Positions 54,337 through 63,364 of a stretch of 64,000 nt of DNA are shown here, piece by piece. Position numbers and translations under genes: made by a program. The stretch lies in IMG/VR virus record IMGVR_UViG_3300046779_000879, positions 1-64,000 of that record. One strand, written 5' to 3'. Source of the DNA: a virus. The notes under the pieces were generated by a model. The model saw only the letters and a program-made list of their open reading frames with translations, was not told the DNA's origin and did not search any database. The first letter of the stretch is position 1; every line of letters begins with the position of its first letter.

Positions 54337-54553
54337 ATTTCTTTAGGTATTCTTTTGCTTCTTTATATTCTGTTTGTTCTATTGCTTCTTCTGCATGTGC
54401 AAGAATAATCATTTCTTGCAAATAGTCTGCAAGTTTCTGATCTTCCTCATCCAATAAATTGTACCACTCAAAAAACTCTTCTTCTGTTTCAAGAGTCCAC
54501 ATATGGTCAAGCATTTCTACTTCATAAGATGATAGATTATTAATCTGAATCAT
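54326..54553 (-). CDS. hypothetical protein
   Basis: 75 aa acidic ORF. Confidence 0.6.
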   Translation of the reverse strand: MIQINNLSSYEVEMLDHMWTLETEEEFFEWYNLLDEEDQKLADYLQEMIILAHAEEAIEQTEYKEAKEYLKKFAL

Positions 54554-54849
54554 GCAACTTCCTTAATGTTAGACCATTTTGCAAGTTTAGCCATTTTGGC
54601 ATTCTTTGCACGATAGACAGTCATCTCATCCACCATGTCACTTGCGATTAACAATTCAATCATACAAAGCAAGTCACCTAGTTCTTCTTCCAGATGCTCT
54701 CTGTTTGTTACACCATTGTATTCGTCATCCATACCAAATCTGAATACCTTACTTATCGCTTGTGTGACTTCAGCACACTCTTCCTGAGTGATCAAAAGAA
54801 TTTCTTGATCTGACTCATTTTTAATTTTATTATTCACAAATTTATTCAT
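54550..54849 (-). CDS. MazG-like protein
   Basis: QEECAEV.QAISK..RFG..LEEELGDL. Confidence 0.8.
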   Translation of the reverse strand: MNKFVNNKIKNESDQEILLITQEECAEVTQAISKVFRFGMDDEYNGVTNREHLEEELGDLLCMIELLIASDMVDEMTVYRAKNAKMAKLAKWSNIKEVA

Positions 54850-55052
54850 TTAGCTCTTTCAATTGTTACACGATAACTCTTACCATTCCTGTCAATTACT
54901 GTCATAGTTTTCTTTGTAGACAGGAACTCACCATTTGGACCAAGATCCCATTGGACTTTTCCAACTGAATCAACGAATGATCCATATACATGAGCATCTT
55001 TCTTCAAAGAGTCATGTATCACTTTCGCCATATAATCACAATATTCTAACAT
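54846..55052 (-). CDS. hypothetical protein
   Basis: AAGGAG RBS. Confidence 0.6.
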   Translation of the reverse strand: MLEYCDYMAKVIHDSLKKDAHVYGSFVDSVGKVQWDLGPNGEFLSTKKTMTVIDRNGKSYRVTIERAK

Positions 55053-55176
55053 AATCAATCTCCTTCAAATTAGTGCTGGTTTTTCTTTATAGTCTGTAAC
55101 CAGCAAAAATAGACTGCTGCTGTTTTGGCTGTTTAAAGTCTGCCACGGATATCCCTCCAGTAAGACTTGTGGGGTT

Positions 55177-55419
55177 TTAATCCCAACTCTTTTTATCACC
55201 GAACTGCTCGTTGTACTCATAGCCCATGAAGTACGCACGCATTTCTGCAATGCTCATGTCTTTAGATTCAACTCGGTCACCATTGTAACTTCCCTTAGGA
55301 TACCAGTGTGGATCTTGTGGACGACTGTAGTAACTATCAGCTGAACCACGATCAAAGGGACTGCCATGTGTGCGATCAAAAGTCTGACCACGATATTCAA
55401 TTACATTATCAATAACCAT
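55177..55419 (-). CDS. conserved hypothetical phage protein
   Basis: HGSPFDRGSADSYY.R..PH..AY..GY. Confidence 0.7.
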   Translation of the reverse strand: MVIDNVIEYRGQTFDRTHGSPFDRGSADSYYSRPQDPHWYPKGSYNGDRVESKDMSIAEMRAYFMGYEYNEQFGDKKSWD

Positions 55420-55420
55420 T

Positions 55421-55639
55421 TCACTTTTCTCCATAATATTGTGCATCGTCATTTGCCATCTCATCGGCATACGACATCATTTCATACTGCCTTTCTAATT
55501 CCAAATTCTCAAGCTGTTCGATGACATCATAAACCATTTCAACTGGACACTTCAATGTCGCTACAATATACTTTGGCGACATGCCACCTTTTAACAACTC
55601 TTCGATTTCCATCGATAACTCTGCCATTCTGCTCATCAT
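55421..55639 (-). CDS. hypothetical protein
   Basis: 72 aa; HTH-like pattern. Confidence 0.55.
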   Translation of the reverse strand: MMSRMAELSMEIEELLKGGMSPKYIVATLKCPVEMVYDVIEQLENLELERQYEMMSYADEMANDDAQYYGEK

Positions 55640-55791
55640 TTCATTGCCTTTGTGCCAGAAAACATTAATAACAAACCAACGATTGTAAATAAAATCTGTG
55701 CATAAAAGTAGTCAGATGGACCATGATCCATGCCACCTACTGCACCAAACACCATCAAGAATCCAACTACCAAACGAATAGAACCTTGCAT
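55636..55791 (-). CDS. small membrane protein (51 aa)
   Basis: Read by eye: MQGSIRLVVGFLMVFGAVGGMD..., two TM segments. Confidence 0.55.
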   Translation of the reverse strand: MQGSIRLVVGFLMVFGAVGGMDHGPSDYFYAQILFTIVGLLLMFSGTKAMK

Positions 55792-55792
55792 A

Positions 55793-56020
55793 TCAAATCC
55801 TCACAATCAAACCATAAACATAAACAGCCAATAAACCAACATTGACCACCACTAAACTCACACGATTAATTCTGACAGCCCACACTAACCACAACACAGA
55901 ACCGATGTTGAACATATAGATGTTCAATGGATCGATAGAGAGTGCAGTGGCGAGTGCAGCACCAACAGTAACTATCGTGGCTGACCACTCTAAAATTGCA
56001 TTCACTTTTTCATTTTTCAT
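55793..56020 (-). CDS. small multi-pass membrane protein
   Basis: Three hydrophobic segments; start moved downstream of the promoter. Confidence 0.65.
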   Translation of the reverse strand: MKNEKVNAILEWSATIVTVGAALATALSIDPLNIYMFNIGSVLWLVWAVRINRVSLVVVNVGLLAVYVYGLIVRI

Positions 56021-56026
56021 ACAACT

Positions 56027-56055
56027 ATTATACCGCATTCTGCAATTAAAGACAA
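56027..56055 (-). promoter_or_regulatory. sigma70-type early promoter
   Basis: TTGTCT-17 nt-TATAAT. Confidence 0.8.
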
Positions 56056-56073
56056 GCACTTTTTGGATGTAAA

Positions 56074-56132
56074 AAACCCCTGTGGATACAGGGGTTTAGG
56101 AGGGTAATAACCCTACAGGTCGTGGGGTTATT
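56074..56132. repeat. stem-loop element upstream of early promoter (copy 3)
   Basis: AAACCCCTGT..ACAGGGGTTT and AATAACCCTAC..GTGGGGTTATT. Confidence 0.65.
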
Positions 56133-56213
56133 CCTTTATTTTGCTACCTGCTAGTCGATACGGAAGATACCAGATTTGTAGAAAATACCAAACCCAGAGA
56201 TCTACTGGGTGTA

Positions 56214-56639
56214 TCATGCTTTTAATTCGCCACGTTCGATTAAAATCTTTTTATTGGCTTGATGTTCTGCTTGAGTCAATTCTTTGTTCTCACCTTTGTA
56301 TGGAACTGCATAATTATTCTGAATTAACCAGTCATTGACACGAGTGCCATCTTCAAGAATAAAGACACCAAGAATTCTACCAAACTTATCATCGTTACTG
56401 TCAGGTTTTTGTGTTTCAATAATTTGCCAAGAACCCACAGGTAGTTTCTCTGCTAATTTCTTCTTAGAGAGTTGCCCACGAACTTTTTCTTCTGCAATAG
56501 TAGTTCTTGATTCTGGAGTATCAACTCCAGCCATACGAACTCTTTGATTAGCAAGGATAATTTTGAAACCTAAGTCTAAATCGATGTCAACTGTATCACC
56601 ATCAAGAACTTTAATAATCTTACATTTATATTGATACAT
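56214..56639 (-). CDS. SNase/thermonuclease-family nuclease
   Basis: KVLDGDTVD..RVRMAGVDTPESRT..DKFGRILG..N..L. Confidence 0.88.
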   Translation of the reverse strand: MYQYKCKIIKVLDGDTVDIDLDLGFKIILANQRVRMAGVDTPESRTTIAEEKVRGQLSKKKLAEKLPVGSWQIIETQKPDSNDDKFGRILGVFILEDGTRVNDWLIQNNYAVPYKGENKELTQAEHQANKKILIERGELKA

Positions 56640-56647
56640 AATATTCC

Positions 56648-57130
56648 TTAGTCGTTACGACTATTTCTGTGAGTTGGATCTCCAGCTTCATACACTGGCA
56701 TTGTAGTTGCTTCTGCCAATGGAGACGAGTTGAAGTCAAATCCAAATCCATTTTGTGATGGAGCCATTGGACGTGGTGGCATCATACCCATTGGTTTTGG
56801 AGCAGGTGCAGTAGGTGTAGTTGCAACTGATGTTGGTGGTTTATCCCAACCTTTGTTTGCAGCTTGTAATGCTAATTTCTGTGCATCTTTATCCCCACCA
56901 GCCAACATGATACCTGATAAAGTACCAGTCAAGAATGTAGCGATAGGAATAATCAACTCAAAGAATTTCTGGTCGATAGGACTAATAGCGTTCAATGGTT
57001 GTGTCACAAAAATAATAGAATATAAAACAACGAAAACAATTCCAACAAGGGTAAATGATAAACAGATACCGATGAAGAATTTAAGACGAGCCATTAACTG
57101 CTCTTCTGTGTACATAAAATTATCATTCAT
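56648..57130 (-). CDS. two-TM membrane protein with Pro-rich tail
   Basis: Two TM helices; SPIDQKFFELIIPIATFLTGTLSGIML. Confidence 0.7.
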   Translation of the reverse strand: MNDNFMYTEEQLMARLKFFIGICLSFTLVGIVFVVLYSIIFVTQPLNAISPIDQKFFELIIPIATFLTGTLSGIMLAGGDKDAQKLALQAANKGWDKPPTSVATTPTAPAPKPMGMMPPRPMAPSQNGFGFDFNSSPLAEATTMPVYEAGDPTHRNSRND

Positions 57131-57399
57131 TTGCATGCTCCTGTAGTTGATACTGGTGTAGTTGGTTTAGAAGTAACTTCACCATCTTTTGGAGGTCCAA
57201 GTCTTGGATCTCGCTGCCCTTTAAAAATATGTTCAGGACAAGTTCTTGTCACGTCACATTGTGGTAATTTACAAATTTCTTTATCCCAGTTTTCTGGGTT
57301 TTGACATGGATAGCGAAAAGACTCTGTGCTAACCATAGAAAATCCAATAGGAATTATTAATAAGATTCCTAATAATTTAAATAATTTTTTATCATTCAT
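57127..57399 (-). CDS. small exported Cys-rich protein
   Basis: TM segment followed by FRYPCQNP.NW...C..P.C.V...CP. Confidence 0.7.
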   Translation of the reverse strand: MNDKKLFKLLGILLIIPIGFSMVSTESFRYPCQNPENWDKEICKLPQCDVTRTCPEHIFKGQRDPRLGPPKDGEVTSKPTTPVSTTGACK

Positions 57400-57415
57400 G
57401 GCAAATTCCTTATAG

Positions 57416-57895
57416 TTATTTTCCTGCCAATGGATTATCTAATGCCTTTTGTATCTTACTATCTATCTCTTTACGTAATTGACGAACATCCTGTTCAGTC
57501 TCACGAGAAAGTTGTTTTCCATCTCGTTCGACCTGCTCGACTACTTTTTCCATTCTACGTAAGTCATCTTTTAAGTCATTCTTGATGTCACGTGTGTAGT
57601 CCGCAGTCTTTTGACTGTTTTCTTCAACCACTGCAAGACGTTTGTCAAACACGCTAAGGTCTGGTGCAACATATTCTGCAATACGTTTCTTCATGCTTTG
57701 ATAGTCCTTGTAAACTTCAAATGCTCCATATAAACCACCAAGAACTGATGATACGATTGTAAATGCTACCATAAGTTTAGCTGGGGTGAATTCGTATCCA
57801 CCAATACTAATAACAGTATCTTTACTAGCATACTTTTTTACTGCTGCTTCTGCTTCGTCAATCTTTTTATTGACATCTTTAATTTCTGTTGTCAT
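57416..57895 (-). CDS. membrane-anchored coiled-coil protein
   Basis: One TM segment; C-terminal KALDNPL. Confidence 0.7.
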   Translation of the reverse strand: MTTEIKDVNKKIDEAEAAVKKYASKDTVISIGGYEFTPAKLMVAFTIVSSVLGGLYGAFEVYKDYQSMKKRIAEYVAPDLSVFDKRLAVVEENSQKTADYTRDIKNDLKDDLRRMEKVVEQVERDGKQLSRETEQDVRQLRKEIDSKIQKALDNPLAGK

Positions 57896-57905
57896 TTTAC
57901 TTTCC

Positions 57906-58109
57906 TTATTTTTGTCTTTCTAATTGTTTTACCATACTACGCATTTTTATCAATTCAGAAGCAGATGGACCTGCTGATGCTTCTTTATCCATTTGTATAG
58001 TCAATTCTTTTGGTTCACTTTTAGTGTACCAATATGCAGCGATTGCAAGAACTAGAACTTGCATTAAATAATAAACCATAAACGATTCGAATAAAACTGT
58101 TATTTCCAT
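57906..58109 (-). CDS. small membrane protein
   Basis: N-terminal TM segment. Confidence 0.5.
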   Translation of the reverse strand: MEITVLFESFMVYYLMQVLVLAIAAYWYTKSEPKELTIQMDKEASAGPSASELIKMRSMVKQLERQK

Positions 58110-60484
58110 TGTAGTTCTACCATTTCGTTGTGTAACTTATCTGACCCTGTCATAAATTTTCTTCCTGCAGGATTATCAATATTTTTTTGATTATTATATA
58201 CAGTGAATGGTTGATAACTACGACCATCTGGTATAAAAGTTTTTCCGTAAACATCAAAACCTGGAACAAATGACATTGCAGAGATAACTACAGTTTGAAC
58301 TTGTTTTTGTTGTTCAAAACTTTGTGCATTATTCATCTCTCTTTGTGCTTCTTTCCCCTTTGATATCTCTTGTTGTTTTGCTACTTCTGCTTTTCTTTCA
58401 GCAAGTTCTTGTCTAGTTGTTTTTTGAGTTCCAGTACTTTGAGTATCTGTTTTAGTAGGTGCATTCTGTGCACTTTCAGTAGTGCTTCTGCTAGTAGTCC
58501 CATCTTGTTTTTTCTCTTCTTGTTTTCTATCTTCTTGTTTCTCTTGTTTTCTTTCTGTCGCAACAGCAACAACAGTAGGTGTTGAACCATTATTGCTTTC
58601 ATTATTTTGTTTAGATAATTGTACTGGAGCAGCTGGTGCTGCAGAAGAATTTGTCGTTGTAGTTGATGATGAAATTGCTTTATCAACGTCACTATCACCT
58701 GTTTTAGAAATACCTGTTTCTACTTTACCGTCAGAGGCGATGGCAATAGTTGTTTCTGATGTTGATCTTGTAGAAGATAATAAAGATGTATTAGATTTTG
58801 TTGTAGTTGTATATCCTGGACACATTTTATTAGATTGTGGATTAGAACCACAAGAAGCAAGTGTCGTTGTGTAATTTGGGCAATAAGAATATGTTAATTG
58901 ATTACTAGAGCAAGCATTACTAGCAGTAGTATATCCTGAACAAAGAGTATTACTCAGAGGATTTGATGAGCATGTTGTTTGTGCTGTTGAATATCCTGGA
59001 CAATATGAAGCATATAGTGCATTCGAACTACATTGTGTTGTGGCATTTTGATAACTTGGACAGTAAGACGCATAAAGTGGATTTAATGCGCATTGAGTTG
59101 AAGCAGTATTATATCCTGGACAAGCAGAGTCATACAATGGGTTTGCTGTGCATTGTTGATTAAGATATGCTTGAGCATATCCTGGACATTGAGGTGCGTA
59201 TAGAGGATTTAACGAACATTGTTGAGTTAAATAAGCAGCAGCATATCCTGGACAAGAAGGATTGTATAATTGATTAAGTGTGCATTGTTGATTGAAATAT
59301 GCAACAGCATATCCTGGACATTGTGGATCAAACAAAGCATTAGATGAACACTGTTGATTGAAATATGCAACAGCATATCCAGCACAAGATGGTGATGATA
59401 AAGGATTCGCTAAGCATGGATCTGGTGTATAAACTGCGTTACTATACATATTACTAATTGTAGCAGCACCAATTGTCCAAGGTGACATTGCGAATGCTCC
59501 AAGAGTTGACATTGGAACAGAAGAGTTTAATCTGTATTTTTTTGAATACGAACCAGATACTCCGTTGTTTCCACCATTGTGTGTATTTGATTCGCTGAAT
59601 ATTGTTGCATTGTTGGTATCAGTTATAACTGTAGCAACACCTGCGTCTGAATAATTCCAACCAGTTAAACAAAATCCAAACAAATCAAAAATGGCACATT
59701 GTCTACCAGCAACACTGTAATTATATCCATAATCAAATCCATGAATAGTAGCACCTGCTCCTGCTAAAGCCAGTGCTTGATTGATGGCATATGCTTGAGT
59801 TCCTGTAGTTCCAGGTAAAAGATTATTACTTATTTGTACTGTATTATATCCTGGACATGATGGAGAGTATGCTGGATTAGTCGCACAAGGATCAACTGTA
59901 TACTGCAATGTTAAAGAGGGGTTGCGAACTTGTGGTCCATAATAACCTGCCCAAAATCTAGCATCTTTACCTGTAAATGATAATTCTAAATTAGATAAAC
60001 CTGATAAAGAATAATTTTGGGGGAACCACTGTGTGCCAGAGAAGTTTGTAAACCCTCCGCTTGTTTGTGGATAGTTGTAGTTATATGTTTGAAGAGCATT
60101 TCCTACAGAATCTTTCAATACAACTTGACCAGTAAGTGTTCCATATTGCATGGTGGCAGGGTCATTATTAATATTCCACGAATAATTGTAACCACCAACT
60201 TGTATTCCTGTTCCAGACAATGCTTGATTGATAGCAATTGTCTGCATAGCAGTGGCTTGTGTATATCCAAATATAATTGTGTTTGTGCTAGGATTAAATG
60301 CTGGAGTATTTCCTCCTATAAAACCAGCATTTTGACCTTGAATAGTTCCAGTCCATGCATTTACTGTTGGGTTTAATAGATTAGAAGTTGCTGTGTATGT
60401 TGCGGTAGGTGATGGCTGTGTTCCTACTACTTGAGCAAACAAGTTACTTGATGTTAATAACAATAACAATAAAATTTTTTTCAT
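58100..60484 (-). CDS. secreted protein with Cys-rich tandem repeats
   Basis: Signal peptide; two related beta-rich domains; 11 copies of CxxNxxxxxxCxxY. Confidence 0.8.
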   Translation of the reverse strand: MKKILLLLLLTSSNLFAQVVGTQPSPTATYTATSNLLNPTVNAWTGTIQGQNAGFIGGNTPAFNPSTNTIIFGYTQATAMQTIAINQALSGTGIQVGGYNYSWNINNDPATMQYGTLTGQVVLKDSVGNALQTYNYNYPQTSGGFTNFSGTQWFPQNYSLSGLSNLELSFTGKDARFWAGYYGPQVRNPSLTLQYTVDPCATNPAYSPSCPGYNTVQISNNLLPGTTGTQAYAINQALALAGAGATIHGFDYGYNYSVAGRQCAIFDLFGFCLTGWNYSDAGVATVITDTNNATIFSESNTHNGGNNGVSGSYSKKYRLNSSVPMSTLGAFAMSPWTIGAATISNMYSNAVYTPDPCLANPLSSPSCAGYAVAYFNQQCSSNALFDPQCPGYAVAYFNQQCTLNQLYNPSCPGYAAAYLTQQCSLNPLYAPQCPGYAQAYLNQQCTANPLYDSACPGYNTASTQCALNPLYASYCPSYQNATTQCSSNALYASYCPGYSTAQTTCSSNPLSNTLCSGYTTASNACSSNQLTYSYCPNYTTTLASCGSNPQSNKMCPGYTTTTKSNTSLLSSTRSTSETTIAIASDGKVETGISKTGDSDVDKAISSSTTTTNSSAAPAAPVQLSKQNNESNNGSTPTVVAVATERKQEKQEDRKQEEKKQDGTTSRSTTESAQNAPTKTDTQSTGTQKTTRQELAERKAEVAKQQEISKGKEAQREMNNAQSFEQQKQVQTVVISAMSFVPGFDVYGKTFIPDGRSYQPFTVYNNQKNIDNPAGRKFMTGSDKLHNEMVELQWK
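58811..59416 (-). repeat. 10 tandem 20-22-codon repeats (CxxNPLYxxxCPGY consensus)
   Basis: Visible in both the protein and the DNA (recurring ATATCCTGGACA). Confidence 0.85.
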
Positions 60485-60594
60485 AATTTATCTTTTTGTT
60501 ACTATACCTTGCTTTATTGCTGCGCTTTGGTGTTCTAACCAAATACCAACAAACCCAATTATTATACATACTGCTGCGAACATTTTAGCCATGA

Positions 60595-61032
60595 TTATAT
60601 CTTATACAGTTTAAAAAAATATACGAGTAATGCAGCTACACCAATGCAGTACCACAATAAATCTTGAATTTTTTGGCGATCTTTATCAATAAACTTCATA
60701 TCCTGCGCATTTTGTTCTTGTATCTCGGCTTTATATTTTTCTACTTTATTCCAAGCATCTTTACCATGTTTTACTGTTAAATCTGTTTTTAGTTTTTTTA
60801 CTAACTCTTCTCTTTGTAGTTCTTCTTCAAATTTACGTATGGCTGCTAGTTCTGCGTTGATTAAGAGTTGTTCTTTCTGACGTCTTTCTTGGACTCTTTT
60901 TTTCTGTTCATTCTGAACAGATTTTTCCATGTCGCTCTGTATTTCACCAACAAATTTACCAGTATCATCCCCAAGTTTCTTGGCTTGTTTTAAAGCATTT
61001 AGACCATTGGATATGTCCTTCGGAATTTCCAT
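60595..61032 (-). CDS. coiled-coil protein with C-terminal TM anchor
   Basis: 145 aa. Confidence 0.65.
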   Translation of the reverse strand: MEIPKDISNGLNALKQAKKLGDDTGKFVGEIQSDMEKSVQNEQKKRVQERRQKEQLLINAELAAIRKFEEELQREELVKKLKTDLTVKHGKDAWNKVEKYKAEIQEQNAQDMKFIDKDRQKIQDLLWYCIGVAALLVYFFKLYKI

Positions 61033-61563
61033 TTAATCGTTTTTCTCCGCTGGTTTGCTCATTTCAACAACTGGAGGTTTTACTGCATAATTACCAATTG
61101 ATTTTTTATCAACATTATCTAATGCGCCACGTTTCTTCCATTCTTCTTTTGCTGCTTCGCCAATTTTACCCTCAACAGGACATGGCGTTCCTGCTGCTAA
61201 CATAGAAGCAAATACACGCTCGTCTTGGCATAAAGTAGCAACTGCAGCTACTTTCATACCCATATCATACAAATTCTTTGATAATTTGATTCTTTCGCAA
61301 TTCATATCTCTCATAGTTCCACCCATAGAGATACCAAGAATCTGCGTTTGTACTGCACCTGATGCTGCTACTGCGCAGACATCATTATTGATAGATGTGA
61401 TTGCTGGAGCCACTGCTGTTGGTGGCGGAGATTTTACTGTTGTTGTGCTATTTGAAGTAGAATCAGTGGTACTTCTACTAGTCGAATCAGTTACAATTGG
61501 TTGTGCCAATGTAATGGATGAAGCCATGATAAAAAGCACCGCTGTAGCGATCTTTTTAATCAT
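61033..61563 (-). CDS. secreted conserved phage protein
   Basis: Signal peptide; SPPP.A.AP..D.C...SGAVQTQILG.S.G...D.NCER.KL..GMKVAAV..LCQD.RV..AGTPCP. Confidence 0.75.
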   Translation of the reverse strand: MIKKIATAVLFIMASSITLAQPIVTDSTSRSTTDSTSNSTTTVKSPPPTAVAPAITSINNDVCAVAASGAVQTQILGISMGGTMRDMNCERIKLSKNLYDMGMKVAAVATLCQDERVFASMLAAGTPCPVEGKIGEAAKEEWKKRGALDNVDKKSIGNYAVKPPVVEMSKPAEKND

Positions 61564-61618
61564 TTTATTCCCTAAATTGCTTGTTATAATTGATGTGTGG
61601 TTTAACCCACTCAACTAT

Positions 61619-62782
61619 TTAGGACTTCTTTTGTTTTTGGAGTTCTTCGACTTCTTTTTCGATGGTTTTTACACCAGTTGATTGAAACACTTCGCTAACT
61701 TTATTTAAGAAAGATTGTGTTTTTGATGGATTTATCTTCTGTTCGAGTTCTTCCTCAGTCTCTGGAGTAATACGTCTTCCAGCTGAGTCATATTCTACAC
61801 GCTTTTTAACTCTATTATATAACTGAGGTTCCCAGTCCTTAGAATGCTCTTCTATTTTGATTTCTGGTAACTCTGTTTCTTCTGCTTCTTTGAAAGTTTG
61901 TTCATAGTCCATGCCATCTACTTTAGTGACAGTAACTTCCTCTTGAACGCTAACTTTATCTTCAATATCAGCACCCTCCTTTGCGAAAAAGGAATTCCAT
62001 GTAGTTGGTGGTGTATCAACTACATCTTCTTTTTCTCTACGCTTCTGCCAGTTTGCAGCAACTAACAATAAAACTGCTAAAGGATCAAATACTATAACAA
62101 TAAGAATGGTGACGATGCGAACTGCCTTCTCAAGCATATTCGTATCATTCGCACTTTCGTCACCATATATCAATGCTGCGATATATTTTATTGGTCCAAC
62201 TTCTGCTTCGACTTTACGGACTTCGCTGGCGATTGGCGCACGCTCTTCGTTGAGTTTTGCGATCTTGGCTTGCGCTGCACCGATTTCGTTGAGGATTCTG
62301 GCTCTGTCTTTTTGCTGTCCTCTACGGATGGAAATTGCTCTGTCTGTTCCACTGGCTTCTGTGGTTCGGCTGAGGGTTTGATCAACTTGAGCATCGAGTT
62401 GAGAAAGTTCTTTACGACTTGCATTGATATTTTCCTTTTCTGTTTTAATCTTCTCATCAAGTAATGCTAACTTAGACTGAACATCTCCAGTAGGAATTGC
62501 TTGATCCAAATGTGCCTTTGATAAGAATCCAAAAATGCCCATCGATGTCAACATCATTAATACAACTAGGGCGACTACAAAGTATGACTTCATCAATTTT
62601 GGAATTTCTTTCCAATTTTGATAGAGCCAAGATGCAACTACAAGTTTCGATGCCTCAAGCAACGAACCCATAAGAGCAATTGGTACTACAGCTGCAGCAA
62701 AAATTGCGACAAGACCCATCACTGCGTAATATGCAGCGAGAGCCGACAATGATAGTGCAACTGCAAAAAGTAAATATGTCAT
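61619..62782 (-). CDS. multi-pass membrane protein with coiled coil
   Basis: LE.SKLV.ASW..TSMGIFGFLSKAH..EVGPIKYIA..VFDPLAV. Confidence 0.8.
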   Translation of the reverse strand: MTYLLFAVALSLSALAAYYAVMGLVAIFAAAVVPIALMGSLLEASKLVVASWLYQNWKEIPKLMKSYFVVALVVLMMLTSMGIFGFLSKAHLDQAIPTGDVQSKLALLDEKIKTEKENINASRKELSQLDAQVDQTLSRTTEASGTDRAISIRRGQQKDRARILNEIGAAQAKIAKLNEERAPIASEVRKVEAEVGPIKYIAALIYGDESANDTNMLEKAVRIVTILIVIVFDPLAVLLLVAANWQKRREKEDVVDTPPTTWNSFFAKEGADIEDKVSVQEEVTVTKVDGMDYEQTFKEAEETELPEIKIEEHSKDWEPQLYNRVKKRVEYDSAGRRITPETEEELEQKINPSKTQSFLNKVSEVFQSTGVKTIEKEVEELQKQKKS

Positions 62783-63204
62783 AGTTTGTTTTTAATATGA
62801 GAGCCATGAACACGAACAGATATCTGTCCGTTGTAGTAGTCGTCTGACTCCAACACCTTTCGTGCAAACTGTTCTCGTGCTTCTATGTAAGAACATTCAG
62901 CTTTAGATTTACAAAAGAAAAGAATCTCACGAACAAAGTTGTCTTTGCCGAAAGACTCTACATCTTTATTTAGTTCTATACTCGAACCATAGTACTCCAT
63001 CCAATCAGAGTCTATTTTGCTACGAATTCTTTTCCGTTTCTTAGTTCCGTTTTTCTGTTTCACCATTTTGTATGTAGTCTTAGAAAACTTAGACAGTTTC
63101 TTACCAATATACATACGACTGTTGGCTTTGTTCGTAATTAAATAAACAAAGCCAACACAGTCTTCAGGTAGTTCTTCAACGATTGAATTATTATAAGTCC
63201 ACAT
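62779..63204 (-). CDS. GIY-YIG-family small protein
   Basis: GFVYLITN...MYIGKK..SDW..YYGS..F.REIL..YYN. Confidence 0.8.
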   Translation of the reverse strand: MWTYNNSIVEELPEDCVGFVYLITNKANSRMYIGKKLSKFSKTTYKMVKQKNGTKKRKRIRSKIDSDWMEYYGSSIELNKDVESFGKDNFVREILFFCKSKAECSYIEAREQFARKVLESDDYYNGQISVRVHGSHIKNKL

Positions 63205-63214
63205 AGTAGACTAT

Positions 63215-63364
63215 TTATTCCTCCTCGTCAAAGTCCTCCTCTTCATAAATGTCTCCTGAACACACTGGACAGTAAACAATATCTTCTAATCTGTGGTCAT
63301 CACCCTTAACAATAATCTTTCCTTGCGCACCACATTCATCACATTCAAAAATTTTAGTTGTCAT
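63215..63364 (-). CDS. 49-aa Zn-ribbon protein with acidic tail
   Basis: Read by eye: MTTKIFECDECG...YCPVCSGDIYEEEDFDEEE. Confidence 0.65.
   Translation of the reverse strand: MTTKIFECDECGAQGKIIVKGDDHRLEDIVYCPVCSGDIYEEEDFDEEE

Noticed and set aside
58811-59416. Regularly spaced DNA repeats resembling a CRISPR array
   Set aside because: The repeats are degenerate, in frame and encode a Cys protein repeat; no cas genes are present.
62779-63204. Mobile homing endonuclease or intron
   Set aside because: Short stand-alone GIY-YIG with no DNA-binding extension and no interrupted host gene visible.
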